Counted from the stretch's first letter, positions 30,969 through 42,961 are shown. The stretch: DNA of 64,000 nt from an uncultured Muribaculaceae bacterium (GCA_964587565.1 CAZPLK010000004.1:4220-68219); one strand, 5' to 3'. Made by a program: numbers and translations. Notes: a model not told the origin generated them from the letters alone.

Positions 30969-31087
30969 GTGTGTGAAGCAAAGATGTGTGAGGTTGTTGG
31001 TACACCCGGGTGAGTTGTCAAGAGGGCGTTATCAAGTTTTTACACGGAGCTAGTCTACACAAGATGTAGGCGAAAGGAGGAAAAGTA
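30969..31087 (+). promoter_or_regulatory. GC-enriched structured 5' leader of the S10 operon
   Basis: Local hairpins CACCCGGGTG (around 31003-31012) and CTACA-CAAGA-TGTAG (around 31056-31070). Markedly more G+C than the flanks. Confidence 0.45.
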
Positions 31088-31396
31088 GTGTCAAAATCAA
31101 AGGTTCGTATCAAATTAAAAGCGTTTGAACATAAAAGTTTAGATGCGGCGTGTGCGAAGATAATTCAAACTGTTAAAAGAACAGGTGGCGAAATAAGTGG
31201 ACCTGTCCCATTGCCAACTGAAATAGAGAAAATAACAATTTTAAGAGCTGTTCACAAAGACAAAGATGCTCAAGAGCAATTTGAAAAAAGAACACACAAA
31301 AGACTAATAGATATCAATAACCCTAGTAAAGAAACTATAGAGGCATTAACTCATTTAGACATACCGAGTGGCGTTGATATTAAAATTAAATTATAA
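31088..31396 (+). CDS. rpsJ: 30S ribosomal protein S10
   Basis: GTG start. [12 protein letters not shown]. First gene of the cluster. Confidence 0.96.
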   Translation: MSKSKVRIKLKAFEHKSLDAACAKIIQTVKRTGGEISGPVPLPTEIEKITILRAVHKDKDAQEQFEKRTHKRLIDINNPSKETIEALTHLDIPSGVDIKIKL

Positions 31397-31419
31397 GGTT
31401 ATAAATAGGAGGAAATAAT

Positions 31420-32157
31420 ATGAAAGGAATCTTAGGTAAAAAAATAGGAATGACTCAAGTTTTTGCTAAATCTGGTAAATTGATTCCGGTTACTGTAATA
31501 GAGGTAGAACCTAACATAGTGACGCAAATAAAAACTGTTGAAAAAGACGGATATAATGCTATTCAATTAGGATTTAGTAATAAAAGAGAAAAGTTAGCTA
31601 ATAAACCTTCAAAGGGTCATACTGATAAAGCTAACACAGCACCTAAGCGCTTCTTTAGAGAAATCAAAGGTGTTGATACTGAAAAGTATGAATTAGGACA
31701 AGAAGTAAAAGTTGATATTTTTACAGAAGGTGAAATTGTCGATGTGACTGGAACTAGCAAAGGTAAAGGTTTCCAAGGTGTTATAAAAAGGCATAATCAG
31801 GCTCGTGGTCCTATGAGTCATGGTTCACACTTCCATAGAAAGCCGGGTTCACTAGGTTCAATTGGGCCACTTAAGGTTTTTAAGGGCACTAAATTACCAG
31901 GTCAAATGGGAGCGGAAACAGTAACAATCCAAAATCTAGAAGTAATTAAAGTTGATGTGGAAAATAATGCATTATTGGTTAAGGGCAATGTGCCAGGACC
32001 AAAAAAATCATTAGTTAAAATTAGAACATCTGTTAAAAGTAATGGTAAAGTGAAAGAAGTTGAAGAACTAGTTTCATATTCTACTAAAACATCAAATAAT
32101 TCACCAAACAATAATTCTGATAAAAAAGAAAATAATCAAGAAAGCGAAAGCAAATAG
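31420..32157 (+). CDS. rplC: 50S ribosomal protein L3 (with ~35-aa N/S/K/E-rich C-terminal extension)
   Basis: [15 protein letters not shown]... and FQGVIKRH. Confidence 0.96.
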   Translation: MKGILGKKIGMTQVFAKSGKLIPVTVIEVEPNIVTQIKTVEKDGYNAIQLGFSNKREKLANKPSKGHTDKANTAPKRFFREIKGVDTEKYELGQEVKVDIFTEGEIVDVTGTSKGKGFQGVIKRHNQARGPMSHGSHFHRKPGSLGSIGPLKVFKGTKLPGQMGAETVTIQNLEVIKVDVENNALLVKGNVPGPKKSLVKIRTSVKSNGKVKEVEELVSYSTKTSNNSPNNNSDKKENNQESESK

Positions 32158-32169
32158 GAGGTTACAAAT

Positions 32170-32796
32170 ATGAGTAAAATATCTGTACTAAATATAAATG
32201 GTGAAAAAATAAAAGATGTTTCATTAGATAAAAATTTATGGGGAATTGAACCCAATGATGCAGTTTTATATGATGCAATTAAATTAACTATGCATACTCA
32301 AAGGCAAGGAACACATTCAACGAAAACACGTAGTGAAGTAAGAGGCGGAGGAAAAAAACCATGGCGCCAAAAAGGAACTGGTAGAGCTCGTCACGGTAGT
32401 ATAAGATCACCAATTTGGGTAGGTGGTGGTGTTACATTTGGTCCAACACCTATAAAATATACAAAAAAAATGAATCGTAAAGAAAGAAGATTAGCAATAA
32501 AATCAGCACTTGCTTATAAATATAAAGAAAACGATTTAATTGTTTTAGATGATTTTAATTTTAAAAGTCATAAAACAAAAGATATGATTAACACATTGAA
32601 AAAATTAAATATTTTAAATGAAAAAGTGCTAATTGTAGTTGAGGAATTAACAGATAATTTAATATTATCGACGAGAAATTTAGAGAATGTAATGTTATTA
32701 CATGTTAATGAAATTAATACACTTGATATTGTTAGTGTTGATAAAATGGTTATAACTGTTAATGCTGCAAAAATTATAGAGGAGGTGCTTGTTTAA
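32170..32796 (+). CDS. rplD: 50S ribosomal protein L4
   Basis: [16 protein letters not shown] motif. Confidence 0.96.
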   Translation: MSKISVLNINGEKIKDVSLDKNLWGIEPNDAVLYDAIKLTMHTQRQGTHSTKTRSEVRGGGKKPWRQKGTGRARHGSIRSPIWVGGGVTFGPTPIKYTKKMNRKERRLAIKSALAYKYKENDLIVLDDFNFKSHKTKDMINTLKKLNILNEKVLIVVEELTDNLILSTRNLENVMLLHVNEINTLDIVSVDKMVITVNAAKIIEEVLV

Positions 32797-33077
32797 TGGA
32801 AAACAAATATAGAGATATTATTAAATCACCTATTATTACTGAAAAAAGTAATGATCTTATAAAAGATAATAATACATATACTTTCAGTGTTGATATTAGG
32901 GCTAACAAAGTCCAAATTAAACAAGCTATAGAAAACATTTTTGATGTTAAAGTTGAAAAGGTAAATATCATCAATGTTAAACCAAAGAAAAAAAGAGTTG
33001 GACAATATTTTGGAAAAACAAATAAAGTAAAAAAAGCAATGGTCAAATTAAGTGAAGGAAGTTCCATTGAATTTTAA
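32796..33077 (+). CDS. rplW: 50S ribosomal protein L23
   Basis: [11 protein letters not shown]... and position in the cluster. Confidence 0.95.
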   Translation: MENKYRDIIKSPIITEKSNDLIKDNNTYTFSVDIRANKVQIKQAIENIFDVKVEKVNIINVKPKKKRVGQYFGKTNKVKKAMVKLSEGSSIEF

Positions 33078-33097
33078 TAAGTAAAGGAGGATATAAA

Positions 33098-33928
33098 ATG
33101 GCTATTAAAACATATAAGCCTGTTACAGGTGGTACACGTGGTATGACATCGGTGAGTAATGAACACATTACAAAAACTAAACCAGAAAAATCACTTGTTG
33201 TCCCAATAAAAAAGAGTGGTGGGCGTAACAATCAAGGAAAAATGACTGTTAGACATCGTGGTGGTGGTGCTAAAAGAAAATATAGAATTATAGATTTTAA
33301 AAGGGATAAAGATGATATAGTTGGCACTGTTGCCTCAATTGAATATGATCCAAATAGAACTGCAAACATTGCTTTGATAAATTATGCAGATGGAGAAAAG
33401 AGATATATCATCGCACCAAATAAACTGAAAATTGGCGATAAGATCGAAAGTGGAGTGAACGCTGATATAAAAATAGGAAATTGTTTACCATTAGAAAATA
33501 TACCAGAAGGTACGATGGTTCACAATATTGAAATGAAGCCAGGAAAAGGTGCTCAAATAGCACGTTCAGCAGGTTCATCTGTTCAAATATTAGCACACGA
33601 AGGAAGATATACTTTGTTACGTTTAAAAAGTGGTGAAGTTAGAAGAATACTTGGTACTTGTCGTGCAACTATTGGTGAAGTTGGAAATAAAGACCACGAA
33701 TTAGTTAATCTTGGTAAAGCAGGTCGTAAAAGACATTTAGGGTTCAGACCATCGGTAAGAGGGTCTGCAATGAATCCAACAGATCACCCACATGGTGGTG
33801 GTGAAGGTAAAGCACCTATCGGAAGAAAAGCACCGTTAACACCTTGGGGTAAACCAACATTAGGATTAAAAACACGTAGTTCTAAAAAAGCTTCGAATAA
33901 ATTAATTGTTCGTCGTCGTAAAAAATAA
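33098..33928 (+). CDS. rplB: 50S ribosomal protein L2
   Basis: [14 protein letters not shown] motif. Confidence 0.97.
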   Translation: MAIKTYKPVTGGTRGMTSVSNEHITKTKPEKSLVVPIKKSGGRNNQGKMTVRHRGGGAKRKYRIIDFKRDKDDIVGTVASIEYDPNRTANIALINYADGEKRYIIAPNKLKIGDKIESGVNADIKIGNCLPLENIPEGTMVHNIEMKPGKGAQIARSAGSSVQILAHEGRYTLLRLKSGEVRRILGTCRATIGEVGNKDHELVNLGKAGRKRHLGFRPSVRGSAMNPTDHPHGGGEGKAPIGRKAPLTPWGKPTLGLKTRSSKKASNKLIVRRRKK

Positions 33929-33944
33929 TGAAAGGATGGTTTAA

Positions 33945-34214
33945 GTGGCAAGAAGTTTAAAAAAAGGACCGTTTATAGATAAACATTTAATGAAAAAAGT
34001 AAAAAAAGTAAATGAATCTGGAAAAAAAGAAGTAATAAAAACATGGTCACGCCGTTCCACAATATTTCCTGAATTTATTGGACATACATTTGCTGTTCAT
34101 AACGGTAGGGAATTTATACCAGTTTATGTAACTGAAGATATGGTTGGTCATAAATTAGGGGAATTTGCACCAACAAGAAAATTAGGTGCTCATGGCAAAG
34201 ACGCAAGAAAATAA
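33945..34214 (+). CDS. rpsS: 30S ribosomal protein S19
   Basis: GTG start. ARSLKKGPF...HNGR. Confidence 0.96.
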   Translation: MARSLKKGPFIDKHLMKKVKKVNESGKKEVIKTWSRRSTIFPEFIGHTFAVHNGREFIPVYVTEDMVGHKLGEFAPTRKLGAHGKDARK

Positions 34215-34241
34215 TAATGAAATCCAGGGAGGAGGACTAAA

Positions 34242-34577
34242 ATGGAAGCAAAAGCAATTGTTAAAAATATAAGAGTTGCACCTCGTAAAGCTCGTTTAGT
34301 TATAGATTTAATACGTGGTAAAAGTGTAACAGAAGCTGATGTTATTTTAAAAAATATGAATAATAAATCAGCAAGAATTATCCATAAAGTTTTAGTTTCG
34401 GCTGTAGCAAATGCTGAAAATTTACATGAATTAAGTAAAGAAGATTTATATATTAAAAGTACATATGTTGATGAAGGTCAAACATTGAAAAGATTTAGAT
34501 TTGGATCGCGTGGTTATATTGATCCGATAAAAAGAAGAACAAGTCATATTACAATAGTTGTAAGTGATAAAAAATAA
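34242..34577 (+). CDS. rplV: 50S ribosomal protein L22
   Basis: RVAPRKARLVIDLIRGK. Confidence 0.96.
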   Translation: MEAKAIVKNIRVAPRKARLVIDLIRGKSVTEADVILKNMNNKSARIIHKVLVSAVANAENLHELSKEDLYIKSTYVDEGQTLKRFRFGSRGYIDPIKRRTSHITIVVSDKK

Positions 34578-34593
34578 ATAAAGGAGGTAACTG

Positions 34594-35274
34594 ATGGGTC
34601 AAAAGGTTAGTCCAATAGGACTTAGAATAGGAATAAACAAAACATGGCAATCAAAGTGGTATGCAGACAACAAAGATTTTGCTAAGTTTTTAAATAATGA
34701 TATTAAAATTCGTGAATATATCAAAGAAAAATACAAAGACGCAGCAGTTTCAAGTATTTTAATTGAAAGAACATCTAAAAAAACAGAAGTAATTATAAAC
34801 ACTGCAAAACCAGGTGTTGTAATCGGTCATGGTGGTGAAGAGATAGAAAAAACTCGAAATAAATTATCTAAATTAGTTAATGAAAATGTTCAAATTTCAA
34901 TTATGGAAATAAAAAACCCAAATATTGTTGCGGCACTTGTTGCAGAGGATATAGCAAGACAAATAGAAAACCGTGTTTCATTTAGAGTAGCACAAAAAAG
35001 GGCTATTAGAAATACAATGAGAGCGGGAGCAAAAGGAATAAAAACATCTGTTTCTGGGCGTTTAGGTGGTGCTGATATGGCTAGGACAGAAGGATATACC
35101 GAAGGAACTATTCCATTACATACCTTAAGAGCTGATATTGATTACGCACATAAAGAAGCGGATACTAATTTTGGTAAAATTGGCGTTAAAGTATGGATTT
35201 ATAAAGGAGAAATCCTTCCTGAAAAGAAAAACAAGGGAGGTAATAACTATGGCAGTAATACCAAGAAAAACTAA
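34594..35274 (+). CDS. rpsC: 30S ribosomal protein S3
   Basis: [13 protein letters not shown] domain. Confidence 0.96.
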   Translation: MGQKVSPIGLRIGINKTWQSKWYADNKDFAKFLNNDIKIREYIKEKYKDAAVSSILIERTSKKTEVIINTAKPGVVIGHGGEEIEKTRNKLSKLVNENVQISIMEIKNPNIVAALVAEDIARQIENRVSFRVAQKRAIRNTMRAGAKGIKTSVSGRLGGADMARTEGYTEGTIPLHTLRADIDYAHKEADTNFGKIGVKVWIYKGEILPEKKNKGGNNYGSNTKKN

Positions 35275-35689
35275 ATATCGTAAACCTCATAGAATAAGTT
35301 ATGAAGGTAAATCAAAGGGTAATTTAGAGTTACATTTTGGTTCATATGGATTGCAAGCTATGGAAGGTGCATGGATTACTCAACAACAAATAGAAGCTGC
35401 TCGTGTAGCAATGACGCGTTATATGAGAAGAGGTGGAAAAGTTTGGATTAATATATTTCCACACTTATCATTAACTAGCATTCCTTTAGAAACTCGTATG
35501 GGTAAAGGTAAAGGACAACCAGATAAATGGGTTGCAGTTGTTAAAAAGGGCAAAATAATGTTTGAAGTAGACGGAGTAAGTGAAGAAGTAGCACGAGAAG
35601 CATTACGTTTAGCAATGCATAAGTTACCAATAAAATGTAAATTTGTAAAAAAGGAAAGTGGTGAAGCAAATGAAAATGGAAGAAATTAG
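35249..35689 (+). CDS. rplP: 50S ribosomal protein L16
   Basis: Start at [12 protein letters not shown] after GGGAGG. The ORF-track N-terminal extension overlaps rpsC and is not credible. Confidence 0.94.
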   Translation: MAVIPRKTKYRKPHRISYEGKSKGNLELHFGSYGLQAMEGAWITQQQIEAARVAMTRYMRRGGKVWINIFPHLSLTSIPLETRMGKGKGQPDKWVAVVKKGKIMFEVDGVSEEVAREALRLAMHKLPIKCKFVKKESGEANENGRN

Positions 35690-35867
35690 AAAAATGTCAA
35701 GCGCTGAAATCACAAAAAAAATAGAAGAGTACAAAGAAGAGTTATTTAATTTACGTTTTAGTCAAGCTACGGGAAATCTTGAAAAGCCTTCTAGGATTAG
35801 AGAGTTAAGGAAATTGGTTGCACGTATGAAAACAGTATTACGAGAGCGAGAAATAAGTGAAAATTAA
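35670..35867 (+). CDS. rpmC: 50S ribosomal protein L29
   Basis: [22 protein letters not shown]. Confidence 0.93.
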   Translation: MKMEEIRKMSSAEITKKIEEYKEELFNLRFSQATGNLEKPSRIRELRKLVARMKTVLREREISEN

Positions 35868-35877
35868 GGAGGGCATT

Positions 35878-36138
35878 ATGAAGGATAAAAAAACTCATGA
35901 ATTAATTGGAAAAGTAGTAAGCGATAAAAATGATAAAACAATAACAGTACTAGTTGAAAGATATAAAGTTGATAAATTATATGGAAAACGAATAAGAAGA
36001 TCAAAAAAGTATATTGCACATGATGAAAATAATGCTGCAAAAGTTGGGGATAGAGTACGTATTGTAAGTACAAGACCTATATCAAAAAGAAAAAAATATC
36101 GTTTAGTAGAAATAATTGAAAAAGCAATAATAATATAA
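35878..36138 (+). CDS. rpsQ: 30S ribosomal protein S17
   Basis: Start after [27 protein letters not shown]. Confidence 0.94.
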   Translation: MKDKKTHELIGKVVSDKNDKTITVLVERYKVDKLYGKRIRRSKKYIAHDENNAAKVGDRVRIVSTRPISKRKKYRLVEIIEKAIII

Positions 36139-36163
36139 TTATTAACGGATAAGGAGGATTATT

Positions 36164-36532
36164 ATGATTCAACAAGAAAGCCGTTTAAAAGTAACTGATA
36201 ATTCTGGTGCGCGTGAACTTTTAGTAATACGTGTATTAGGTGGCAGTGTTGTAAAAGCGGGAAATATAGGTGATATAGTTGTTGGAACTGTAAAAAAAGC
36301 GACTCCTAATGGTACAGTACAAAAAGGTAAAATAGTAAGAGCTGTGATTGTTAGAAGCAAATATGGTTTAAATAGAAAAGATGGGTCACACATTAGATTT
36401 GATGATAATGCTTGTGTTATTATTAAAGACGACAAAAGCCCTGTTGGGACTCGTATTTTCGGACCAGTAGCACGAGAGTTACGCGATAAAAAATACATGA
36501 AAATTATATCACTTGCAAAAGAAGTGTTATAG
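36164..36532 (+). CDS. rplN: 50S ribosomal protein L14
   Basis: [16 protein letters not shown]. Confidence 0.97.
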   Translation: MIQQESRLKVTDNSGARELLVIRVLGGSVVKAGNIGDIVVGTVKKATPNGTVQKGKIVRAVIVRSKYGLNRKDGSHIRFDDNACVIIKDDKSPVGTRIFGPVARELRDKKYMKIISLAKEVL

Positions 36533-36542
36533 GAGGTAGAAC

Positions 36543-36851
36543 ATGAACTTTAAAACAGGAGATAAAGTTGTTGTTATTGCCGGTAAAGATAAAGGCAAAG
36601 AAGGAAAAATAACAAAAATATTACGCGATGAAAACAAAGTAATCGTTGAAAATGTAAATATGATAAAAAGGCATCAAAAATCAGATGGTTATAATCCAGG
36701 CAGTATTATTGAAATGGAAGCGCCAATACACGTATCAAATGTAATGATTATTGATCCGAAAACAAAAAAGAGAACAAGAATAGGGCATGCTTTTGACAAA
36801 AATAACAAAAAAATAAGAATTAGTAAAAAATCAAAAGAAAGTCTTGATTAA
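36543..36851 (+). CDS. rplX: 50S ribosomal protein L24
   Basis: [18 protein letters not shown] (KOW motif). Confidence 0.95.
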   Translation: MNFKTGDKVVVIAGKDKGKEGKITKILRDENKVIVENVNMIKRHQKSDGYNPGSIIEMEAPIHVSNVMIIDPKTKKRTRIGHAFDKNNKKIRISKKSKESLD

Positions 36852-36865
36852 TTGGAAGGAGGACT

Positions 36866-37408
36866 ATGATGAACCGCCTAAAAGAAAAATATAATAATGA
36901 AATTATACCTAATTTAATGGAAAAATATAAATATAAAACAGTTATGGATGTTCCTAAGTTGGAAAAAATTGTAATTAATATTGGTGTTGGGGATGGTGCC
37001 CACAATTCAAAATTAATTGAAGGAGCAATGAATGATTTAGAACTGATAACTGGACAAAAGCCAGTTGTTACAAGGGCTAAAAAAGCAATCGCTGGTTTTA
37101 GATTAAGGGAAAATCAACCAGTGGGGTGTAAAGTTACATTAAGAGGAAAAAATATGTATAATTTTTTAGATAAATTAATAAGCATTGCTTTACCACGTGT
37201 TAGGGACTTTAGGGGACTATCACAAAAATCATTTGATGGTAGAGGTAATTTCACATTAGGAATAACAGAACAATTAATTTTTTCAGAAATAGAATACGAT
37301 AATGTTGTTAAAGTGCGTGGTATGGATATCGTTTTTGTAACATCTGCAGAAACAAACGAAGAAGCGCACGATCTCTTAAAAGGTTTCGGTATGCCGTTTA
37401 AGAATTAA
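36866..37408 (+). CDS. rplE: 50S ribosomal protein L5
   Basis: NRLKEKY...[14 protein letters not shown]. Confidence 0.96.
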   Translation: MMNRLKEKYNNEIIPNLMEKYKYKTVMDVPKLEKIVINIGVGDGAHNSKLIEGAMNDLELITGQKPVVTRAKKAIAGFRLRENQPVGCKVTLRGKNMYNFLDKLISIALPRVRDFRGLSQKSFDGRGNFTLGITEQLIFSEIEYDNVVKVRGMDIVFVTSAETNEEAHDLLKGFGMPFKN

Positions 37409-37429
37409 CTCTAAAAAGGAGGAATATAT

Positions 37430-37615
37430 ATGGCTAAAAAAAGTAAAAGAGTACAAGCTAGTCGAAAACCAAAATTTAAAGTACGTGCTTATACACGTTG
37501 TCAAAAATGTGGAAGACCGCGTTCAGTTTTAAGAAAATATGGAGTTTGCCGTATTTGTTTTAGAGAACTAGCATATAAAGGACAGATACCAGGCGTTAAA
37601 AAATCAAGCTGGTAA
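37430..37615 (+). CDS. rpsN: 30S ribosomal protein S14 type Z (zinc-binding)
   Basis: 61 aa, CQKCGR...CRIC, ends KKSSW. Confidence 0.95.
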   Translation: MAKKSKRVQASRKPKFKVRAYTRCQKCGRPRSVLRKYGVCRICFRELAYKGQIPGVKKSSW

Positions 37616-37632
37616 TTGAAGGGAGGATATTT

Positions 37633-38031
37633 ATGGTAGTTAATGATCCAATTGCAGATATGCTTACTAGAATTCGTAATGCAAATCAAATGCGATATAA
37701 AGAAGTTGAAGTACCCGCTTCAAAGTTAAAAATAGAGATAGCGAGAATATTAAAAGAAGAAGGATTTATTGTTGATTATAAAGTAGAAGAAAAAGATGTT
37801 CAAAACATAATAAAATTAAATTTAAAATATGGTAAAAATAATGAAAGAGTTATAACTGGATTGAAAAAAATTTCAAAACCGGGATTAAGAGTATATGCAA
37901 AATCATCTGAAATACCTAAAGTATTGAATGGTTTAGGTATTGCTATAATATCAACATCAGGAGGTATTCTTACTGATAAACAAGCAAGAGAAAAATCACT
38001 TGGTGGTGAAGTGTTGGCATATATTTGGTAG
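37633..38031 (+). CDS. rpsH: 30S ribosomal protein S8
   Basis: [13 protein letters not shown]. Confidence 0.96.
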   Translation: MVVNDPIADMLTRIRNANQMRYKEVEVPASKLKIEIARILKEEGFIVDYKVEEKDVQNIIKLNLKYGKNNERVITGLKKISKPGLRVYAKSSEIPKVLNGLGIAIISTSGGILTDKQAREKSLGGEVLAYIW

Positions 38032-38049
38032 AAAGTAAGGAGGATTATT

Positions 38050-38583
38050 ATGAGTCGAATAGGTAATAGAATAATAACAATCCCAGAAAATGTTACAGTA
38101 TCAGTAAATGGTAATATTGTAAATGTTAAAGGCCCTAAAGGAGAACTTTCTACTGAAGTTATTGACAATATTACAGTTGAAATAAATGGAAATGAGTTAA
38201 CCATAGTAAATAATGATAAAAAATTAAAAAATTTCCATGGAACTATAAATTCAAATGTAACAAATATGATAATTGGTGTAACAGAAGGATATGAAATAAA
38301 ATTAGAAACAATTGGTGTTGGGTATAGATTCGCAGTACAAGGTAATAAAATTGTTGTAACTGCTGGTTTTTCACACCCAGTTGAAGTAGAAATACCAAAT
38401 GAAATTACTGTTGAATCACCAAGTAATAATCAATTGATTGTTAGAGGGATTGATAAACAACTTGTTGGCGAATTTGCAGCAAATATACGTAAAATAAGGA
38501 AACCAGAGCCGTACAAAGGTAAAGGTATTCGTTATAAAGATGAAGTAGTTATAAGAAAAGCAGGAAAAAAAGCTGCTAAATAA
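38050..38583 (+). CDS. rplF: 50S ribosomal protein L6
   Basis: [13 protein letters not shown], ..[11 protein letters not shown]. Confidence 0.96.
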   Translation: MSRIGNRIITIPENVTVSVNGNIVNVKGPKGELSTEVIDNITVEINGNELTIVNNDKKLKNFHGTINSNVTNMIIGVTEGYEIKLETIGVGYRFAVQGNKIVVTAGFSHPVEVEIPNEITVESPSNNQLIVRGIDKQLVGEFAANIRKIRKPEPYKGKGIRYKDEVVIRKAGKKAAK

Positions 38584-38606
38584 CTAAAGTAAAGGAGAGA
38601 TTTACT

Positions 38607-38969
38607 ATGATAAAAAAAGAGTCTCGTAATAAAATACGAAAAGCAAGACATGAAAGAGTCACAAATAAGGTAAAAGGTACATCAACTATACCTAGACTTA
38701 ATGTATATAGATCAAACAATAATATTTTTGCACAAATCATTGACGATAGTAAAGGAACAACATTAGTAAGCGCTTCATCAATTGATAAAGATTTAAAACT
38801 GGAAAATGGTGGCAATATAGAAGCGGCAAAAAAAGTTGGAGAATTACTTGCGAAAAGAGCAAAAGAAGCAAAAATAAATGAAGTAAAATTTGATAGAGGC
38901 GGACACCTTTATCATGGGCGTGTTAAAGAACTTGCAGAAGCGGCACGTCAAAATGGATTAAAATTCTAA
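38607..38969 (+). CDS. rplR: 50S ribosomal protein L18
   Basis: [30 protein letters not shown]. Confidence 0.96.
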   Translation: MIKKESRNKIRKARHERVTNKVKGTSTIPRLNVYRSNNNIFAQIIDDSKGTTLVSASSIDKDLKLENGGNIEAAKKVGELLAKRAKEAKINEVKFDRGGHLYHGRVKELAEAARQNGLKF

Positions 38970-38981
38970 GGAGGTTAATAA

Positions 38982-39488
38982 ATGGAATATAAAAGAAGAA
39001 AACCACGTCCGAAACAATACGATGAAGAAGTAATAAACATAAGTAGAGTTACTAAGGTTACTAAAGGTGGTCGTAATTTCCGTTTCTCTGCACTTGTTGT
39101 TGTTGGTGATAGAAATGGTTTAGTTGGCTTGGGCGTAGGTAAAGCAAATGAAGTACCCGATGCAATCAGAAAAGGTATTCAAAATGCAACGAAAAATATA
39201 GTTAAAGTTGCAATTGTTGATGATCATACTATACCTCACGAAGCCATTGGAGTGCAAGGTGCGAGCAAAGTACTACTAAAACCTGCTTTAAAAGGTACTG
39301 GTGTAAAAGCAGGTGGTGCTGTTAGATCTGTTTTAGAAATGGCTGGCATTAAAGATATTTTATCTAAATCACTTGGTTCAAAAACTAAAATTAACGTAGC
39401 GTATGCAACACTTGATGCATTAATGCATCAAAAAACTGCAGAACAAGTTGCAGAACTTAGAGGTAAAAACGTGGAGGAGATTATATAA
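38982..39488 (+). CDS. rpsE: 30S ribosomal protein S5
   Basis: [22 protein letters not shown]. Confidence 0.96.
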   Translation: MEYKRRKPRPKQYDEEVINISRVTKVTKGGRNFRFSALVVVGDRNGLVGLGVGKANEVPDAIRKGIQNATKNIVKVAIVDDHTIPHEAIGVQGASKVLLKPALKGTGVKAGGAVRSVLEMAGIKDILSKSLGSKTKINVAYATLDALMHQKTAEQVAELRGKNVEEII

Positions 39489-39931
39489 TGAAGTTACATA
39501 ATTTAAATCCAAACACTGGCTCAACTAAAAAAACCAAAAGAGTTGGTAGGGGACCTGGAAGCGGTTTAGGAAAAACAAGTGGTCGTGGTCATAAAGGACA
39601 AAAAGCAAGAAGTGGCGGAGGTGTAAGGCCAGGTTTTGAAGGTGGTCAAACACCGTTGTTTATGAGATTACCAAAAAGAGGTTTCTCAAATGCACCGTTT
39701 AAAACAGTATACGCAGTTATTAATTTAAGTGATTTAAATAAATTTGAAAATGGAGCAATAATTACACCAGAAATACTAAAAGAAATGGGTCTAGTAAAAC
39801 AACAGCTAGACGGTATTAAAGTATTAGGAAATGGTAAGCTGGATAAAAAATTACACGTAAAAGCCCATAAGTTTTCTAATACTGCTCGAGAAAAAATAGA
39901 AAAAATGGGTGGAAAAGCTGAGGTGATCTAA
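39488..39931 (+). CDS. rplO: 50S ribosomal protein L15
   Basis: [17 protein letters not shown] overlap with rpsE, so no L30 gene lies between them. Confidence 0.96.
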   Translation: MKLHNLNPNTGSTKKTKRVGRGPGSGLGKTSGRGHKGQKARSGGGVRPGFEGGQTPLFMRLPKRGFSNAPFKTVYAVINLSDLNKFENGAIITPEILKEMGLVKQQLDGIKVLGNGKLDKKLHVKAHKFSNTAREKIEKMGGKAEVI

Positions 39932-39932
39932 A

Positions 39933-41195
39933 ATGTTTGCAAATTTCAAGCAAATATTTAATCCCAAAAATAAGGATATACAAAAAAGAATAGTATTTAC
40001 CTTTTTTGCCTTATTTATATTTGAACTCGGAACTACAATAGTTGTGCCGGGTATAAACAAAGCACAACTTGGGGAAAGTAGTTTAGGATTTTTAGAGTTA
40101 GTAAACGTTATGGGTGGTAGAGCACTTGAAAAATTTTCAATATTTGCTCTAGGTGTAATGCCATATATTACAGCATCCATAGTTATTCAATTAGCACAAA
40201 TGGATATAATACCTTATTTAGCAGATTTGTCAAAAGAGGGACATACAGGACGTGTTAAATTAAATCAGATTACTCGTGTATTAGGAATTATACTAGCATT
40301 TATACAAGGTTATATTATGTCATTTGCTATGATAAAAACTGGATCAGTTTTACAATATATGCAATTTGCAATTGTGCTAACAGCAGGTACAGCGTTCTTA
40401 TTGTGGATGGGTGATCAAATAACATCAAAAGGTATTGGGAACGGTGTATCATTAATAATAATGACAGGGATAATCGCAAGTATGCCAAAAATGTTTGTCG
40501 ATGCATGGAACAACTTTACAATGGATGGTTCAGCAACGGGGATACTATTCTTTATATTATTTGTAATAATTTATTTATTAATAGTAATTGGAGTAATATT
40601 TGAACAAACTGCGGAAAGAAGAATACCCATACAATACGCTAACAAATCCACGAGTGTATTAGGAAAGCAAAACTATATTCCTTTTAAATTAAATTCAGCA
40701 GGAGTGATTCCAGTAATATTTGCATCATCATTGTTATCAATACCAGCATTTTTTGCTAGTATGATCAAAAACCCAAAATACTCACAATTTATTCAAAAAT
40801 ATATAGCAATGAATACATTGACGGGTTTTATAATTTATATTATTTTAATTATTGCCTTTTCTTATTTTTATACTTTTGTACAATTAAAACCAAAAGAAAT
40901 GGCTGAAAATTTACAAAATAACGGAGGTTATATTCCTGGTATAAGAGCTGGAGAAGAAACGGTTAATTATATAAATGGAATTTTATATAAATTAACATTT
41001 GTTGGTGCGTTAGCACTATCATTTATCGCTGGCTTGCCAATTATATTTAGTATAGTTACAAAAATGCCACCTAACATATCTATAGGTGGAACTGGCTTAT
41101 TAATTGTAGTAGGAGTTGCATTGGAAACTTATAAAGCATTAGATAGTCAGTTAACAAGTCGTACATATACTAGAAGAAGAGGTCGCAGGCGATGA
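39933..41195 (+). CDS. secY: Preprotein translocase subunit SecY
   Basis: 420 aa, 10 TM, GVMPYITASIV. Confidence 0.96.
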   Translation: MFANFKQIFNPKNKDIQKRIVFTFFALFIFELGTTIVVPGINKAQLGESSLGFLELVNVMGGRALEKFSIFALGVMPYITASIVIQLAQMDIIPYLADLSKEGHTGRVKLNQITRVLGIILAFIQGYIMSFAMIKTGSVLQYMQFAIVLTAGTAFLLWMGDQITSKGIGNGVSLIIMTGIIASMPKMFVDAWNNFTMDGSATGILFFILFVIIYLLIVIGVIFEQTAERRIPIQYANKSTSVLGKQNYIPFKLNSAGVIPVIFASSLLSIPAFFASMIKNPKYSQFIQKYIAMNTLTGFIIYIILIIAFSYFYTFVQLKPKEMAENLQNNGGYIPGIRAGEETVNYINGILYKLTFVGALALSFIAGLPIIFSIVTKMPPNISIGGTGLLIVVGVALETYKALDSQLTSRTYTRRRGRRR

Positions 41196-41860
41196 TTAAC
41201 ATGATCCTTATATCCCCGCCAAGTGCTGGAAAAGGAACGCAATCAAAAATGTTATCAGAAAAATTTAAAATACCACATATATCTACCGGTTCAATTTTAA
41301 GAGAAGAAATAAATAAAAAAACAGAATTAGGTACTAAGATTAAAGATACAATAGAAAGAGGCATATTGTTAGACGATAAAACAATTTTTGAAATATTACA
41401 TTCAAGGTTAATGAAAGAAGATTGCAAAAATGGATACGTTTTAGATGGTTTCCCAAGAACTTTAAAACAAGCAAAATTATATGATGAATTTTTGAAAGAA
41501 ACCAAAGAAAACATTAAATATGTCTTTTACCTAAGCATTGATAAAAATATTGCGTATGAAAGATTAAAAGGTAGATTAATATGTTCAAATTGTCAAGCAA
41601 CATATAATGAGTTAATTGAAGAAGTTAAACCAATAGTTAATGATGTATGTAATGAATGTGGAAGCAATTTAATAAAAAGGGTTGATGATAATTATGAAGT
41701 TTTCATTAAACGATTTGAATTGTTTTTAACCGAAATAGAGCCTTTAAAAAATTATTATAAAGAAAAGGGAATATTATATGAAATTGAAGGATCTGAAAAA
41801 GTTATGGATACATTTAGTAAAATTGTACAAATAATTAATTGTGGTGATCTAAGTGATTAA
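41192..41860 (+). CDS. adk: Adenylate kinase (zinc-lid type)
   Basis: PSAGKGTQ P-loop. Lid CSNC...CNEC. The start may be the internal ATG at 41201. Confidence 0.94.
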   Translation: MINMILISPPSAGKGTQSKMLSEKFKIPHISTGSILREEINKKTELGTKIKDTIERGILLDDKTIFEILHSRLMKEDCKNGYVLDGFPRTLKQAKLYDEFLKETKENIKYVFYLSIDKNIAYERLKGRLICSNCQATYNELIEEVKPIVNDVCNECGSNLIKRVDDNYEVFIKRFELFLTEIEPLKNYYKEKGILYEIEGSEKVMDTFSKIVQIINCGDLSD

Positions 41861-42599
41861 TATAAAAACAGAGGCTGAAATAAAATTGATGAGGATAGCA
41901 GGTAAAATCGTTGCTAATACGCATTCATTATTAGAAAAACATATAAAACCTGGAATAACCACTAATCAACTAGATAAATTAGCACATGAATATATAATTA
42001 AATGTGGTGCGGTGCCATCATTTAAAGGATATGATGGTTATCCAGCTTCAATTTGTACCTCGATTAATGAGGAAGTTGTACACGGTATTCCAAGTGATAG
42101 AATTTTACTTGAAGGTGATATTATATCCATAGACATTGGAGCTTGTTACAAGGGATATCACAGTGATTCTGCTTGGACATACCCTGTCGGTAAAATTACA
42201 GAAGAAAACAAAAAGTTATTAATACATACTGAAAAATCTTTATATGAGGGATTAAAAGTGATCAAAGATGGTACCCATGTTGGGGATATAGGCTATGCGA
42301 TTTCAAAATATATTAAAAATTTTAATTTTGGTGTAGTTAAAGAATTGGTAGGACATGGTGTCGGTAAAAATTTACACGAAGAACCAGACATACCCAATTA
42401 CGGAAAGCCTAAAACAGGCCCAATTTTAAAAAAAGGTATGGTTATTGCAGTAGAACCAATGATCAATTTAGGAGTAAGTGGTGTTTATATCGAAGAAGAT
42501 GGATGGACAATTGTCACAGCTGACAATTTACCATCAGCACATTTTGAACATACCGTACTTATTACTACTACTGGGATTGAAATTTTAACAAAGAGGTGA
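41853..42599 (+). CDS. map: Type I methionine aminopeptidase
   Basis: 248 aa, HGIP, D..DIGA, HG(V)G, EPM, FEHT metal ligands. Confidence 0.94.
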   Translation: MINIKTEAEIKLMRIAGKIVANTHSLLEKHIKPGITTNQLDKLAHEYIIKCGAVPSFKGYDGYPASICTSINEEVVHGIPSDRILLEGDIISIDIGACYKGYHSDSAWTYPVGKITEENKKLLIHTEKSLYEGLKVIKDGTHVGDIGYAISKYIKNFNFGVVKELVGHGVGKNLHEEPDIPNYGKPKTGPILKKGMVIAVEPMINLGVSGVYIEEDGWTIVTADNLPSAHFEHTVLITTTGIEILTKR

Positions 42600-42603
42600 A
42601 AAA

Positions 42604-42822
42604 TTGTCAAAAGAAGATACAATAGAAGTTGAGGGTAAAGTTTTAGAACTACTACCTGGTGGTGTTTTTAAGGTAGAACTTGAAAACAAACATATAGTTA
42701 TTGCCCACGTTTCTGGTAAAATACGAATGAATCACATTCGAATTTCAGCAGGTGATAAAGTAACTATAGAACTCTCACCATATGATTTAACACGTGGGCG
42801 AATAACCTACAGAAAAAATTAG
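42604..42822 (+). CDS. infA: Translation initiation factor IF-1
   Basis: TTG start, 72 aa S1-like fold, [13 protein letters not shown]. Confidence 0.95.
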   Translation: MSKEDTIEVEGKVLELLPGGVFKVELENKHIVIAHVSGKIRMNHIRISAGDKVTIELSPYDLTRGRITYRKN

Positions 42823-42834
42823 GGAGGTATTTAT

Positions 42835-42948
42835 ATGAAAGTAAAACCGTCAGTAAAAAAAATGTGTGACAAATGCAAAATTATAAGACGAAAGGGAAAA
42901 GTATACGTAATTTGTTCAAACCCAAAACATAAACAAAGACAAGGATAA
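42835..42948 (+). CDS. rpmJ: 50S ribosomal protein L36
   Basis: Not in the ORF track. [37 protein letters not shown]. Confidence 0.95.
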   Translation: MKVKPSVKKMCDKCKIIRRKGKVYVICSNPKHKQRQG

Positions 42949-42961
42949 TAGGAGGTGTTTT

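Noticed and set aside
35138-35248. Long N-terminal extensions in the ORF track for rplP. The same occurs for tadA at 3049-3078, rpoA at 43700-43756, rimP at 50879-50950 and patatin at 55139-55174.
   Set aside because: The extensions overlap upstream genes or RNAs and lack RBSs. The conserved protein N-termini begin at internal starts preceded by good Shine-Dalgarno sequences.
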